NCBI GenBank assembly: GCA_964035545.1
Contig: OZ037766.1
Span: 15,304,722 to 15,368,721, forward strand
Direction of reading: 5' to 3'
DNA: 64,000 bases
Origin: Bugula neritina
Taxonomy: Eukaryota; Animalia; Bryozoa
The first letter of the stretch is position 1, and every line of letters begins with the position of its first letter. A model generated the notes under the pieces. The model worked only from the letters and a program-made list of their open reading frames with translations. It was not told the DNA's origin and did no database searches. This document shows positions 12,805-24,800 of this stretch, one piece after another. Both the position numbers and the translations under genes were made by a program.

Positions 12805-13734
12805 AACATTCAGGTTACAAACTGATCATGCATTTTTGATATGGTTGTGTAAACGAGCTAAACCTTCTAGCCAGCTGGCTTATTGGTTGAGGATCCTTGC
12901 TGAGTTTTACCGGATAGAGCATCGTGCTGGCAAAAAGCATGAGAATGCCGAGGACTGTAAGCACTAAGCAGTGCCTGCATATAGAGAAGTAAGACAGAGA
13001 ACCCGCTCACCTTGTCATCGAGGAAAAACTGAGGAAGGCTGGCGCCTATAGCTGGGAACAGGGCCACTAATGGTCTGAAGCCCCCTTGGACGCTGTCAAA
13101 GCTCTCTGTGCCAACCCTACTTTGTCCTGGAAAGTCAAGTAGCTGCGCAGACATATTTCAGACCAAGAACAAGGGAAGTCGACCTAGTGAAGAGAAGCAG
13201 CGGCACAAAGACACTCAGTTCCAACACTTCTGCGCTACTGGGATTTTTTCCAGTTCTACCAGGATGGGTTGCTAATCATATTATTGGCAGTGGACACTCA
13301 TTACCGGGAGAGATAAAGAGCGGTTTGCCCACCAGCCCTCTGGCAGCAGTTGATCTGGGACACACATAAACAGACCCATGCCGGGGCCAGTCAGGTAACC
13401 AGATGCCTGCAGCTGCGGATGCATTGTTCAGAATGATTTAGAATGTGCGACTGCGAATACGGCAGTGTGTGGTTTTTCAAATTAGCAAGCATCTACAAGG
13501 GCGAGCTTTCCAGTGTAGAATCCGTCTACCACTGGAGCTCAACGACTACAATACTACCAAGCTTGATTGTTCGAGACCACCCCTGGGTCTCTTTTGCTGC
13601 ATGTGCCCAAAAAAGAAATATTCAACTGGAAATCTGTCTTCTCTCTACACATAAAAACGTATGTTCACCTAGCTTAGGTTCTAATAACAACCCACAAAAA
13701 CATCACAAGAATGAATCAGTATTAGTATAACTAC

Positions 13735-13840
13735 AATTACTAGTCCTACTAATACCACTACTACTAGTACTACTAGCCTACTACTAGTAGTAATAGTGGT
13801 AGCAGTAGTAATAGAGCTAGTGGCTAGTACTACTAGTAGA
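13735..13840. repeat. Degenerate (CTA)n/(TAG)n microsatellite
   Basis: CTACTACTAG/TAGTAG runs in both orientations. Confidence 0.7.
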
Positions 13841-14155
13841 CAATGACATGAATGATCATGATAAAGATGATAATTTTTTCCTTCGTCAATGCCACACCAA
13901 AAATACTTAAAGTTAAAATAGTACTTTATTACTTAAACTCACGCTGACTCAGCTTATCAAAATAAAAGTACAAAAATGCATGTTGACATCATTAGGCATT
14001 ATTATTATAATTGAATTTTTGTTTACTAAGGATGTTTCCAAGTCGAAGCTTTAAGTTTTAGTTTATAGTTATACTCAAACTGAAGCTTGAAGTTTAATAC
14101 TAATAATATTATGATATAATTTCGATAATCATAATGATGTATTTCGAATATTTAC

Positions 14156-14320
14156 CTAGCAATTGTCGTTATTGCAATTTGATAATTGCTCGCACTGACT
14201 TGCTAAACTGCTAAGTTAATATCATGGCTGCATTCAAATTTCAATAAGTAATATCTGCTGCAGCAAAGTTTGTCGCTTCTACTAAAATCTTTCAGTAAAT
14301 ATCAATATGAACGCGGAATG
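14156..14320 (-). other. Putative non-coding first exon (5' UTR) of the RNF213-like gene
   Basis: Donor TAG|GTAAAT at 14156/14155. Region is relatively CpG-rich and lies next to kB and CRE-like motifs. The first coding exon starts at an acceptor at 9314, so an upstream exon is expected. The upstream boundary is a guess. Confidence 0.45.
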
Positions 14321-14349
14321 TTATTTCACCCCAAGGCAAAAATCCAAAT

Positions 14350-14360
14350 GGGGAATTCCC
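14350..14360. promoter_or_regulatory. NF-kB/Rel site GGGGAATTCCC (palindromic GGGAATTCCC at 14351-14360)
   Basis: Exact match to the kB consensus GGGRNWYYCC just upstream of the putative first exon; CRE-like TGACGTAA (14467-14474) and TGACGTAG (14506-14513) nearby. Confidence 0.55.
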
Positions 14361-14723
14361 TAAAAAGGCATAGCCTAGGATCCAACCTTAAGCACTATTT
14401 GTTTGCGAGATTTCGATTATATTGGATATAATAGCTTCACGCTTCTAAAGATTTTGCAGGCTCGTTTGACGTAAAAGGTTGAAGTTCATAATAGTCACGC
14501 TGATTTGACGTAGATATTTTCTTTAACAAGAAGATAACTCTGTAATATTTGATCGCTAATACTGGATATGCTTTATAACTCTTATTGATAAGATAAGATG
14601 GGCATGAGACATTTCTGAACTATAGGAAACACCACCATGTTAGTAATGAAAAGACAACTCTTATTTCTTTAACCTGTCTGAATAATAATATTATGTAGTT
14701 GTTGTGTTCTGAATAACCTTATG

Positions 14724-16431
14724 CAGGGATGTAGTGGTCCCATACGGTCCCATACGCCGTATGGTCTAGAAGAAAATAGACTGTTCTAGGCCATACGCCC
14801 GTATGGGCACATTTTTGGAAGTGTTACTGATGATTAGTGCACAGGATAGTTTGGGCATCCTCACTGAGAATATCATAAATTTCCGCTCACAATCTAGTTT
14901 AAGTTCTTGTTATGTTAATACTATGTGGGTAGCATGTGTGTTGCCTACTTGTGATTGTTTAGCCTGAGATTACACTATAAATAATAAGCAGCTATCAACA
15001 TTCCATCTTCTCATCTCTACGTGTTCGTTGAAGCGATTGGCGATTGGCGTTGGCGATTACTAAGGAAACAATATTTCATTTTCAGTGTAAAAATCACTAA
15101 CTTGTAGAAAATCTATGAAGACTATTGAAAAGATCAAAAAGTTTGCTGTGCATAAATTTCTCAGGTTTCCTGCTGAGATATTTGGCAGGGGTTGAAAAAT
15201 AAACTTTTCAGGTAAAATTGGCTAAAAATGGGTAGATTTTTGTCTATAACTTTGCAAAAAGAATATTGAAAACTCGAAAAAGCAGGTGCTCTAAGGAACA
15301 GGAAGATCTAAAACACGGTTTTTGAATTCTAGCACAATTAGGTAAGGTTTTTATTTTGCAGGACTGAATTCTTATAATATACCAATAATGTGACCTCAAC
15401 AAGGCAGTGACAGCTAGAAGGTTGCTCTTATCTATCTTGTGTGGGCTTGCATTTTGTCAATAAGCAATGGAATTTGGAAAAAACCAACATGAAATCCAGA
15501 AATGAAATCAAAATGTTTTCAGGAAACAGTACCAGGTGTGTAGGAGAGATTAATGAGAATTTATCACTGAGGTCTACAAGTACTATATCCACATTTTATT
15601 CAAAAACCTAGCGTTATTGCATGTTAATTATCAATGCAATGAGGTTTGCAAACTGTACACCACCATAAGTAACCTTTTATGTTTGATTGTACTAACGTTT
15701 GGCTTTACATTTAATCATCTTCTAGGTTAACAAATTTGTTCTTTTGGGGTATATTTCCTTGACGTGGCTAGTGGAAGCTTATTTTAAAACCAAGTTAACA
15801 TACTCTTCTTGGGTGTGCCTTATTGTGTGTAAGGAGGTGTGGTGGTATCTCCTTATGGATTAGACTAGTACTCTAATAAACTCCAAATAGGTTTTCAACC
15901 AATTTCTGCTTGCCAATGAGTTATCAATTCAAATTGCTCTTTATAAATAACCAACACACATTTTCTGATTTGCAATCTTCCTCTGTTCTGATCTATTATT
16001 CTTTTTCTGTGCACGTCAGTGTATTAGTTATATAAGGTTGCATTTGGAGAGCACTTGTTACATGCCTCTATCCTTCCATCTTTTTGAGATCTTCAGCAAT
16101 TTTTCTGTACAGGTTGGACTTAGTGTCAGAACAAACCTAACTGCAGTTGAGTAAGACTACATTTAAAATTACAGTCAATAGGTATGGAACAATACTGAAT
16201 AATTTATATAGTTTGCAGCAATGCCCAGTCGTCATGTGGCTGGTATGGTATGAAAATAACAGCAAGGTGCACATTTCAACACAGATTTTTCTCAGAAGAA
16301 TTATAATTCACAATGGCTTTAAATTGCATAAATTTGCATCAGAAGCGCTCTGAGGGCTTCGGCGGCCGGGGCACTGTCTCGAACCCCGGCCTGAGAGTAT
16401 GGTCTAGAATATTTTTGCCACTACATTCCTG
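14724..16431. mobile_element. Non-autonomous hAT-superfamily DNA transposon (1708 bp)
   Basis: TIRs CAGGGATGTAGTGG / CCACTACATTCCTG (13 of 14 match); perfect 8-bp TSD ACCTTATG (14716-14723, 16432-16439); subterminal CCATACG/CGTATGG motifs; no transposase ORF. Confidence 0.88.
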
Positions 16432-17842
16432 ACCTTATGTATTATTTGGCATTGCAATTTTGTGCCACCCGTGACATAAATTCTTGTTTGTGGCTTATTA
16501 ACTCCATGGCTACAGCGACATTATTTGTGACAACTTAATTTAAGCTAATGCGCATTATTAAAATTATTTAGCTTTTATAATATATAATAAATTGTAAAGA
16601 TGGAAGTGATAGAAAAAAGCATCTAATTAATAGATGAATATTGTGGAAGTTTAGTTATATAACTGAATTGCACAGACATACACACATGCACACATATTTG
16701 TATTTGCATGTGCAATCCATCCACAATCAACAGTGCTGACATTAGTAATCCAACAGAAAGATAATGGTTATTAACAAACCATCCTTCTATAACAACAATT
16801 TTTTTTTCAAATTTATCCATCTCTGCTCACATAAACTATGGTTTCAACACACTTGCATGAAATTAATTATACGTATCTAAAATTAATAAAAAACATTGTT
16901 AAATATGTCTTTGCAGAATGCAATTGACAATGTTTTATACAGCTTTGCATGATCCTCAAACTTCTGCTGCCATAAACAGTTTTTTAGAAGATTTTGGTTT
17001 AACTTCATTGACTTAAATTCTAGCTAGTGGCTTTTTGAAAGTATTATAGACTGCTCTTATTGTATTCACCAGAAGTTATGTCTGCAATAGATACAAAAAT
17101 AACACTTCATTATATAATATTATAGTATGCATTATAATGAAACCTAGGAAGTTTCTGTTGAATACTTGACAATGTTATAAAAATCTAAAATTATAGTTTT
17201 TAATTACTTCTACAAGAAAATTTGTGTGTGTGTTTGCATGTGTGTGGGTGTAGTCTTCGCCTAATTGTGTTACCCATGCTACAGAGCCATACCTTTTTGC
17301 AGAAATACGTTTGATGTATAGAGAAGAAAAAAAAATTATGCTTACAAAATACCATCTTCACTAAAAAGATTTTTCATTGGTTTTTTATTTCTTATATTTT
17401 TCATAGCATATATAATGCGTTTTTAATAAACAGTAAGTGTGTTTACAAAACATCTTTGGGCTTATTGTGCTTTATTGTATATTTGCTCTAAAAATACCAT
17501 ATAGTGACAAATTTCTTGAGAAAAGTCTAATATAGAGCAATAAGCAATCAGTCAATAAATAGTATATTAAACTCTAGAAGCAGTTACAATAGTTTGGGGT
17601 TATACTGCAAATTAAAAAATATTATGCAGCTGTTCTTAGGACTTAAACATCCTAGACCGGGAGCATTTACTAATATTGAAACATATTGCATAAATTCACG
17701 AGTATGAGCAAAAAATGAGCTAAAAATATATTCAGTTATATAGCTAGAGTTTTAGATTTCATTGAAAACAGTGCAGCACACATGAAGTGAGTGTTAACTT
17801 TTTTAATTATAATAAGTACTTTAATTATATATTATGAATTGT

Positions 17843-17843
17843 T

Positions 17844-17918
<75 letters not shown>
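17843..17918. repeat. (TG)n(TA)n microsatellite
   Basis: Direct reading. Confidence 0.95.
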
Positions 17919-17926
<8 letters not shown>

Positions 17927-17962
17927 ATGAATCAAAAGAACTCAATGTTTTGAAAAATAGAG

Positions 17963-18149
17963 TATTTATATTTTTTACTGATACAGTTTTGGATATAAAA
18001 ATAAACTTATATATTCATTTTATCGACTACAATATTGTTTCACATAGTGCAGACCTGATGATCGTAGCTTGCACTACGTGAAACAATATTGTAGTCGATA
18101 AAATGAATATATAAGTTTATTTTTATATCCAAAATTGTATCAGTACCAA

Positions 18150-18158
<9 letters not shown>
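17963..18158. repeat. Near-perfect AT-rich inverted repeat (about 89-bp arms, 18-bp spacer), MITE-like
   Basis: 17963-18051 is the reverse complement of 18070-18158 with few mismatches. Confidence 0.85.
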
Positions 18159-18329
<171 letters not shown>

Positions 18330-18632
18330 ATCAATTCACTCTTTTTGTTTTAATTTATGTCCAATTAAGTTGATCAGTCATTAACTATAGATAATAAATA
18401 GAAATGTATTACATCTTTTCTAAATTGTGTAGCTTATATTCAACAAAAGTACTACATTATAATATATTTCAAGCAGTTCTACTCATTGCCAAGTTGAAAT
18501 GTGCTCATTTAATTCATTTCAGGTTTCAAAATTCATTTTGTCCAATTTGTTTAATCGATAAAATATGTGAAAGGTTGTTGCTTACTGATCACCCACTCTC
18601 ATAGATTATAAATTATATCTATAAAATAATTT

Positions 18633-18707
18633 TGCCCCGCACACTGGGATTCAAATCCGAGATTTATACTACCAAGCATATGTGCTAACCATTGCACCAC
18701 AGAGACC
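18633..18707 (-). mobile_element. tRNA-derived SINE head or tRNA pseudogene
   Basis: Reverse strand GGTCTCTGTGGTGCAATGGTTAGCAC (A box) and GGATTTGAATCCC (degenerate B box); anticodon arm not intact. Confidence 0.5.
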
Positions 18708-19263
18708 ATTGGGTTAACTCAATGCTACATTATCTTGAGGTGAATAAGAAAATGCCCATGATAGTAGTTAAGATTGATAAACTTGCCACGCACTTGATGC
18801 ATACGTACTTTAATTCTTCCAATATCATTTTGCAACTTTTGTTTACTATAGCTTAGTTCTTGTTCTCTTTTTAAATATTTTTTTCTATCTGCAAGGGCAG
18901 CATAACGGGCATGGCATTAGCTGTGCAGATTGTTACATACATAGTATTTTTGTAGTACATATAGTCTATAGATTATAGCAAGAAATATTATGTACGTAAT
19001 AACTAACAGCCTTTGAAGTAAAACAAGGATCGTGTAGTAATAATTTGTCTTAACTGAGGGATAAAAATATATTGTAGGCCTATTATGTTATATTATAGGC
19101 TATAACGGTTAGAGCTTCACTCACATTGATGTTAATATAATGTAAGCCACACTGTTTAGCAATTACTGCGCTGGGAGAAAGTAATTTGATTTTTTAAATT
19201 GTTTTTACTGAATTCGTGCTGAAGTATTTCCATCTGTGCAATATTTTGAGTGTTTGATAAGTT

Positions 19264-19423
19264 GGAATGGTTCTACAAGCGGCTCCAAGTTGTTGGTGAA
19301 AGAGTGCAGTAGTTTGGACTTTGGGGTCTCGTGTGTGGAGTTGGGGATATAACTCTAAACGGTAGACCCCCGAACTACTGCACTCATCCACCACCAACTC
19401 GAAGCTGCCTCTAGAATCATTCG
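19264..19423. repeat. GC-richer imperfect hairpin/MITE relic
   Basis: GCGGCTCCAAGTTGTTGGTGAAAGAGTGCAGTAGTTTGG (19279) pairs with CCGAACTACTGCACTCATCCACCACCAACTCGAAGCTGC (to 19408); inner stem GGGGTCT..AGACCCC. Confidence 0.7.
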
Positions 19424-21858
19424 ATAAGTGGCGCCACGTGGATAGCTGATTTCACAATGTTTATATTGATTGCTAGCGAGAGCAACTGGAACGTCCCATA
19501 GCCCAAAAATGCTTTCGATAGATATTGTTCTAGTTTTGTCAAGTTGTAGAAATGACTTGATGCAGCATAAAGTTTGGGATTCCTAAAAGATATGGTTTGG
19601 CGTTTCAAATTTGGGAATGAGGGTGTTCAGAGTGCTGACGATGTGTATACAAACATTGCATGCAATGACCCCTTACTTTGCGCTGCATTTAAAGATCATC
19701 AAAAATTTTGCATGGAGATGGACACATCATAACAAAGTCGAAAGCCACTGCAAGTGGAAAGTACTTACTTACTTTCAAAATAAATGTATGACTGTACTGT
19801 TACTGCGACAACTATCGATTTTAATTTAAGTTTTAGTTTGAGCTATTAATATAATATAGACTTTCCTGAGATTATTTATTGTTTGTACCTTGCTTTATTC
19901 TTCTTTTTTGGATTTTTATTTAGTTTTGGCCTATGGCTATGCCTATGGCTATAGTTAATAAGTTATAACGAAAATTATAAGTTGCAGTTATTTTATGTTA
20001 ATTACAGTTACTAATGGTAACATAAAATTAATGAGTTGCTCTATTTGGATCAGCTTCAACGGAGTTCAACTTCAACTTATCTATTATCATGATAATCACT
20101 TTGAGTCTGTTCTACTACAAATCTAAGCTAAAGTAAAAGTAAAACTACAAGTACATTAGTGATCAATGATGAGATGATCAAAGTGATAATGGTAATTGCG
20201 AAGATAATTTCATAAGATTGAGTAATACTTATAATGAGTTATACTTGTACTTGTAATATTACTAGCAGTGATACTAATTCAGTAATTGTGATTACAAGTG
20301 AAGAGTGTAATGTTATTTTTTAGAATTTCCTTTTATTATATCATTACGATTAAGATAACAATTTTTACATTGCTGGGTAAATCAATATGAACATGCAGTA
20401 TGATTATCGAAAAGAATTTCGATTTTGATGCTTTTATAAACAGAAATAGTAGATTTTTAAATGTATGATAATCTAATTACTACCGCTTGATAATCATAAT
20501 TATAGTAGTTTACTGGACAGATCAAATGTGTACTACTAAAAGCAAAGTTGCCTGGATAACATACAGCTTTTTACCAGTCACTTATTCATTGCTGCCACTT
20601 GTAATGCTAATAAAAAGAGTAAGCTAAACTTGGTCACCTGGTAGGCTGAAAAATTGTGCTTGTTTATCAATCAATGATTTACTTAAGCTAAACTATGAAT
20701 TGGCTTTGAGAAGCACTTTTCTACCATGCAGGTGTATAGCAGCTCGCAGAATATGGTACTGAATGAATACTACATATTTTCCTGGCAAGATATACACATA
20801 TTTGAGAATTAACAATGGCTGATTAACATAACAGTTGTAGTACACACTTAGTTGTAATTTCTTGATATTTAAGTACATGGATACTGCATAAACATGTAAT
20901 AACCGGCTTAAATATATGGCGACTAGCAATAACTGATAATGTTATTGACAAAGCCAACAAGGTCAAATTTTTATGTAGCTGTTAAAATAATTGCTCAAGA
21001 TTGTAGAGATATGTATGTCCTTTATTATTTATCAAGATTCCAACACCAATTACATTCATAAGTTGAGAACTATGTTAGTTTTGGTTTTATTAGCCAAATT
21101 GATTGGTATTACTCTGTGCCTTTATATACCAGTCTTATAATACAGCTTTGGCTAAAAGCGACTAAAGTGTATTATATTATCCTGTTCTTGACATTCATAC
21201 GAATAAATTAAAAATGTATTTCCCAATGTATAGCAACTTTTCTTTGCTTATAAGCAAGCATTTTTGCATTTATCCTGCCGTTAGAATAATGAATTTCATT
21301 AAGTACCGCAACTGTTCATTTTGTTTGGGGTTTGTTTCACCATTCAAGTAACATAATAGATGAAAAAATGTTTTATTATGTATGAAAATGATAGTTATAT
21401 TTTTTTAGCTATTTTATTTTAGTTGTGTGTAATTATATATATGTATATAAGTAAATAGAAGCTATGCAATTCACATAGACTGATTACAACTACTGCAAAG
21501 TATCTTCTAAACTCACACTTTTGTTAAAGTGCTGGCAAATAACATAATATGTTTTTTTACAAATGATGTTTTGTGTATTTTAGTAAATGTTAGCTCAGGA
21601 CCGAACAACAAATGTTTGCATTGAAGGTAAGTTTTGTTGTTTTGTAACTTGTTTCAAGAAAGGTTTAGGGTCTTGGAAAAACTGACCCATGTTTTACACT
21701 TTATTTTTGCTGGCCATGCATTTAATTCACTATCTTTAAATAAGATATGTAAAACATGATGATTAATATGCTTATTCTGAATTTTTGGATCCGTACTTTT
21801 AGAACTGTAAAAGTGATCATTCTTGTTACATTTGTTTAGATTTACTCTATTTGAGACT

Positions 21859-24800
21859 ATGGGCATTACGGAGTCGGCCCTTCCTAAGCAGCTAAAAGAT
21901 GACAACAAATCTCTAGATTTAAGCAGGGATGTTTCACACAAAGCATTTATTAAGGTAGGTCTTTAGTCTAGAATATTTACCTCAACACCTTTACTACCAC
22001 TTATTCACGCTTCAAGCCCTGGTACCTGTGCACATGGCATATCAGTTCAGTATAGTTCATGTAGCTCAACTAATTATTTTATGCACAACCTAGACTCATT
22101 TTTTAGTTTTCTTTTTGTAGAGCTTTAACACCGCAAAGCAGTTATTTTTATATCATTTTCTATTAACGTAAACGTAAAATTTACTGACTCTAAGAAAACT
22201 AATTAGTAAATAAGTTTGTTTTCAAAGCTGATTTTAGCTGAGTGTTATTGCTTTAAAATATAAAATACATATCAAGGTGGTGCCTGCACTGTATTGAACC
22301 ATTTGGTTGTATTTTAGCATGCAGAAGGTGAAATAAATGGCAACTGCTTGTGGGAGTTTCCTTGGGAGCTACGAGATAGTATAACACTGTATGAAAAGAT
22401 CAATGCTTCGTTTAACCACTTGACCTCTGTGCCAGAAGAGATTGCTTTGAGGGTGCCTCACTTGACGCAACTTAAACTTAGTTATAATAAGATCTCTGCA
22501 CTTCCGCATACATTTATTCTGTTCTTTCATTTGAAGGAATTGGACTTAGATCATAATGACTTTGTCACTTTTCCTATATCCATCACAAAGTTGCTCACTC
22601 TAGAAAAGTTGAATCTGTCAGATAATAGTATTGCAGAACTACCTGAGCAAGTAGGGGAGCTGCAATCTCTACAGAGACTCAACCTCAGTCACAACAGGTT
22701 ACACAAGCTGCCTCCAAAGTTGGCAATGTGCCCGCTAAAAGTGATACTCTTATATGGCAATCGACTGGAAACTCCATCTCAAAGAGTGTGTGATCAAGGT
22801 ATAGCTGCTAAATCGCTCCATTGTTACAATGTAGAATATTATAACTAATATAATGTGCTATTTTAAAGAATTGAGAATAATCATTAGTTTTATTGTATTT
22901 ATTTCCTGACTCAAATTTTAAAAATAACCTGCAGCTTCAATTAGGTACAGAAAGATACTTTTTGCGGAACAATATTTATATAGCAGGCCATCATTGCACA
23001 GAATTCGTAGGGAGCACAACTTCTTCATATAGTTTATGTTGGGTAGACAACTACAATAATAATTATGTACCTGCTTTATTTTTTATCATTTCCAATTATC
23101 TTATAGTTGTCTAAGCATTTCGATTACAAAGTAGTGGTTGAAAACCAATCATAAAATACCAATTTTGTTTATTGAATGATTTTTGAGCGGGAATTATTCA
23201 CTATCTTCCCATGCATCAAAGTCAATTATGGTATCCTTCAATGATGGACATCAAGGGGCAATTGAATTAGCAGCTATGGTTTTACAGTGTCTTTGATACA
23301 TGAAGACACATGAATTGTATATTAGTAAATTTTGAACTAAATATTTATCATTCAAATCACTTGTGATGTGTTTAACCCTTAAACTGAAAATGGCACAAGC
23401 CAGCTACGTTGCAGTTTTGTATCATTTGAAAATCTCTATTCAAGCAGATCAGTCTTGTAACACACCTGGTACATTTGTTTACCTGCAGCTAGAATGTACT
23501 AGCATCTATCAGATGATTCTATCTTCAACATGTTTGATATGATTTGATATGCACTCACACAGGCAGCAGGGCATCTCTAGAAGCTCTGCATGCTATGAAC
23601 ACATCTGTTTATGCATCACAAGTTGAGAGGCTGTTGGAGTTTCCCAGGATACGAGGCTCGCACATCATGATATCTACTCACAACCCCAGTTCTATGCACT
23701 TTCAGTTCACACAACTTCAAATCTTTCCTGACAGAGTGAAAACTCCCCTTATCCCTCCAGTTGGCTCCACATGGCTGGAAGCTGTAGATCTTAGTGACAG
23801 AATAGTTGGTAGGTGCTGATTCTGTTGTATTTTGCTAGCTTTCACTTAAAAACATCTGAACTGGCTGTTGACTGTTGATAAATTGTAACTCTTATGTACT
23901 GCTAATTTATTCTTTTTTAGGATTTTAAAGTTTTACAGAGATTTTATGGTTTGTTGGTTTTGATGATTAGTTTAAGTAGCACTAATCAGTACTAACACCT
24001 ATGTTTTGTTTTGATATTTTTATTGCTTGGAGAGCTTCTAGTTGCTGCCTGACTATCAATTAGTTTGCACTCAATAGTGACGGTTATTAAAGTTATCCTT
24101 TGCCAACAGTTGCCATTTCTTTGCTCCTGTCATTGTTTTCAAATTTACTTTCATGGCTCTTTAGCAAAATGTTTTAATATCTTGTGTTGAATGACAAATT
24201 GTAGACTTTATATTTTCTATGCTGATATTATAGAGTTCTTTAAGATATAATCTATAGTTGTATCAAACCATAATTAGTATTTGTATATCGGTAGATAGGC
24301 ATTTCGTAGTTTGAAACTATTTATATATGGGAGTTGTGTCATCTTTGCTATTGTTACCTCGAAGAGTTGACAACTTCTCTGTTCAATATTGGTTCTTGTT
24401 ATTTCAGGCCTCATCTATGGTGCAGCTATCGGTGATGCTTTGTCTTTTGCAACTGAAGGGCTGACAGAAGATGAGTGCCACTTTCATTACGATCCTCTCA
24501 CCTTATCCTATGATGATATTATTAAAGACAGCTACAGGAGTCACTGGAAGAAAGGTGACTGGGGCGTCTGCTTCGATCAGATGGTGAATATTTGGTTTAC
24601 TGAGGTAGTAGCTATAACTATTCAGTATACCATGTGGAATCAACGCTCATAAGTACTATAGCAACGTGATGTTTTGCCCCAATTATTTATTGTTGTTTTG
24701 GAATTGGAAGTCATTTTCAAATATTTATCCGTGTTATACGTTCTTCCTACTCCACAAATGTTGTTTAAGCATTTTTGTTCTATATTTACTGGTTACATAA

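Larger units (their letters stand above)
10860..13600 (+). mobile_element. Degenerate Ty3/Gypsy pol relic (RT, RNase H, start of integrase) upstream of the first coding exon of the RNF213-like gene, interrupted by two insertions
   Basis: Translation with stops and frameshifts: SSPVVLIKK..RFCVNYIKLN..YPLSRIDESLDALAGNKYFSTLDLLSGYWQV..FGLTSAPATF..HLDNVIV (YLDD decayed); TDASDHNVGAVLSQ; FRLQTDHAFLIWL..WLRILAEF..IEHRAGKKHENA; HKQTHAG..C (HHCC remnant). Confidence 0.9.

Noticed and set aside
18633-18707. Functional tRNA gene (also 2083-2150)
   Set aside because: Only A/B-box remnants, with no proper acceptor or anticodon stems; treated as SINE heads.
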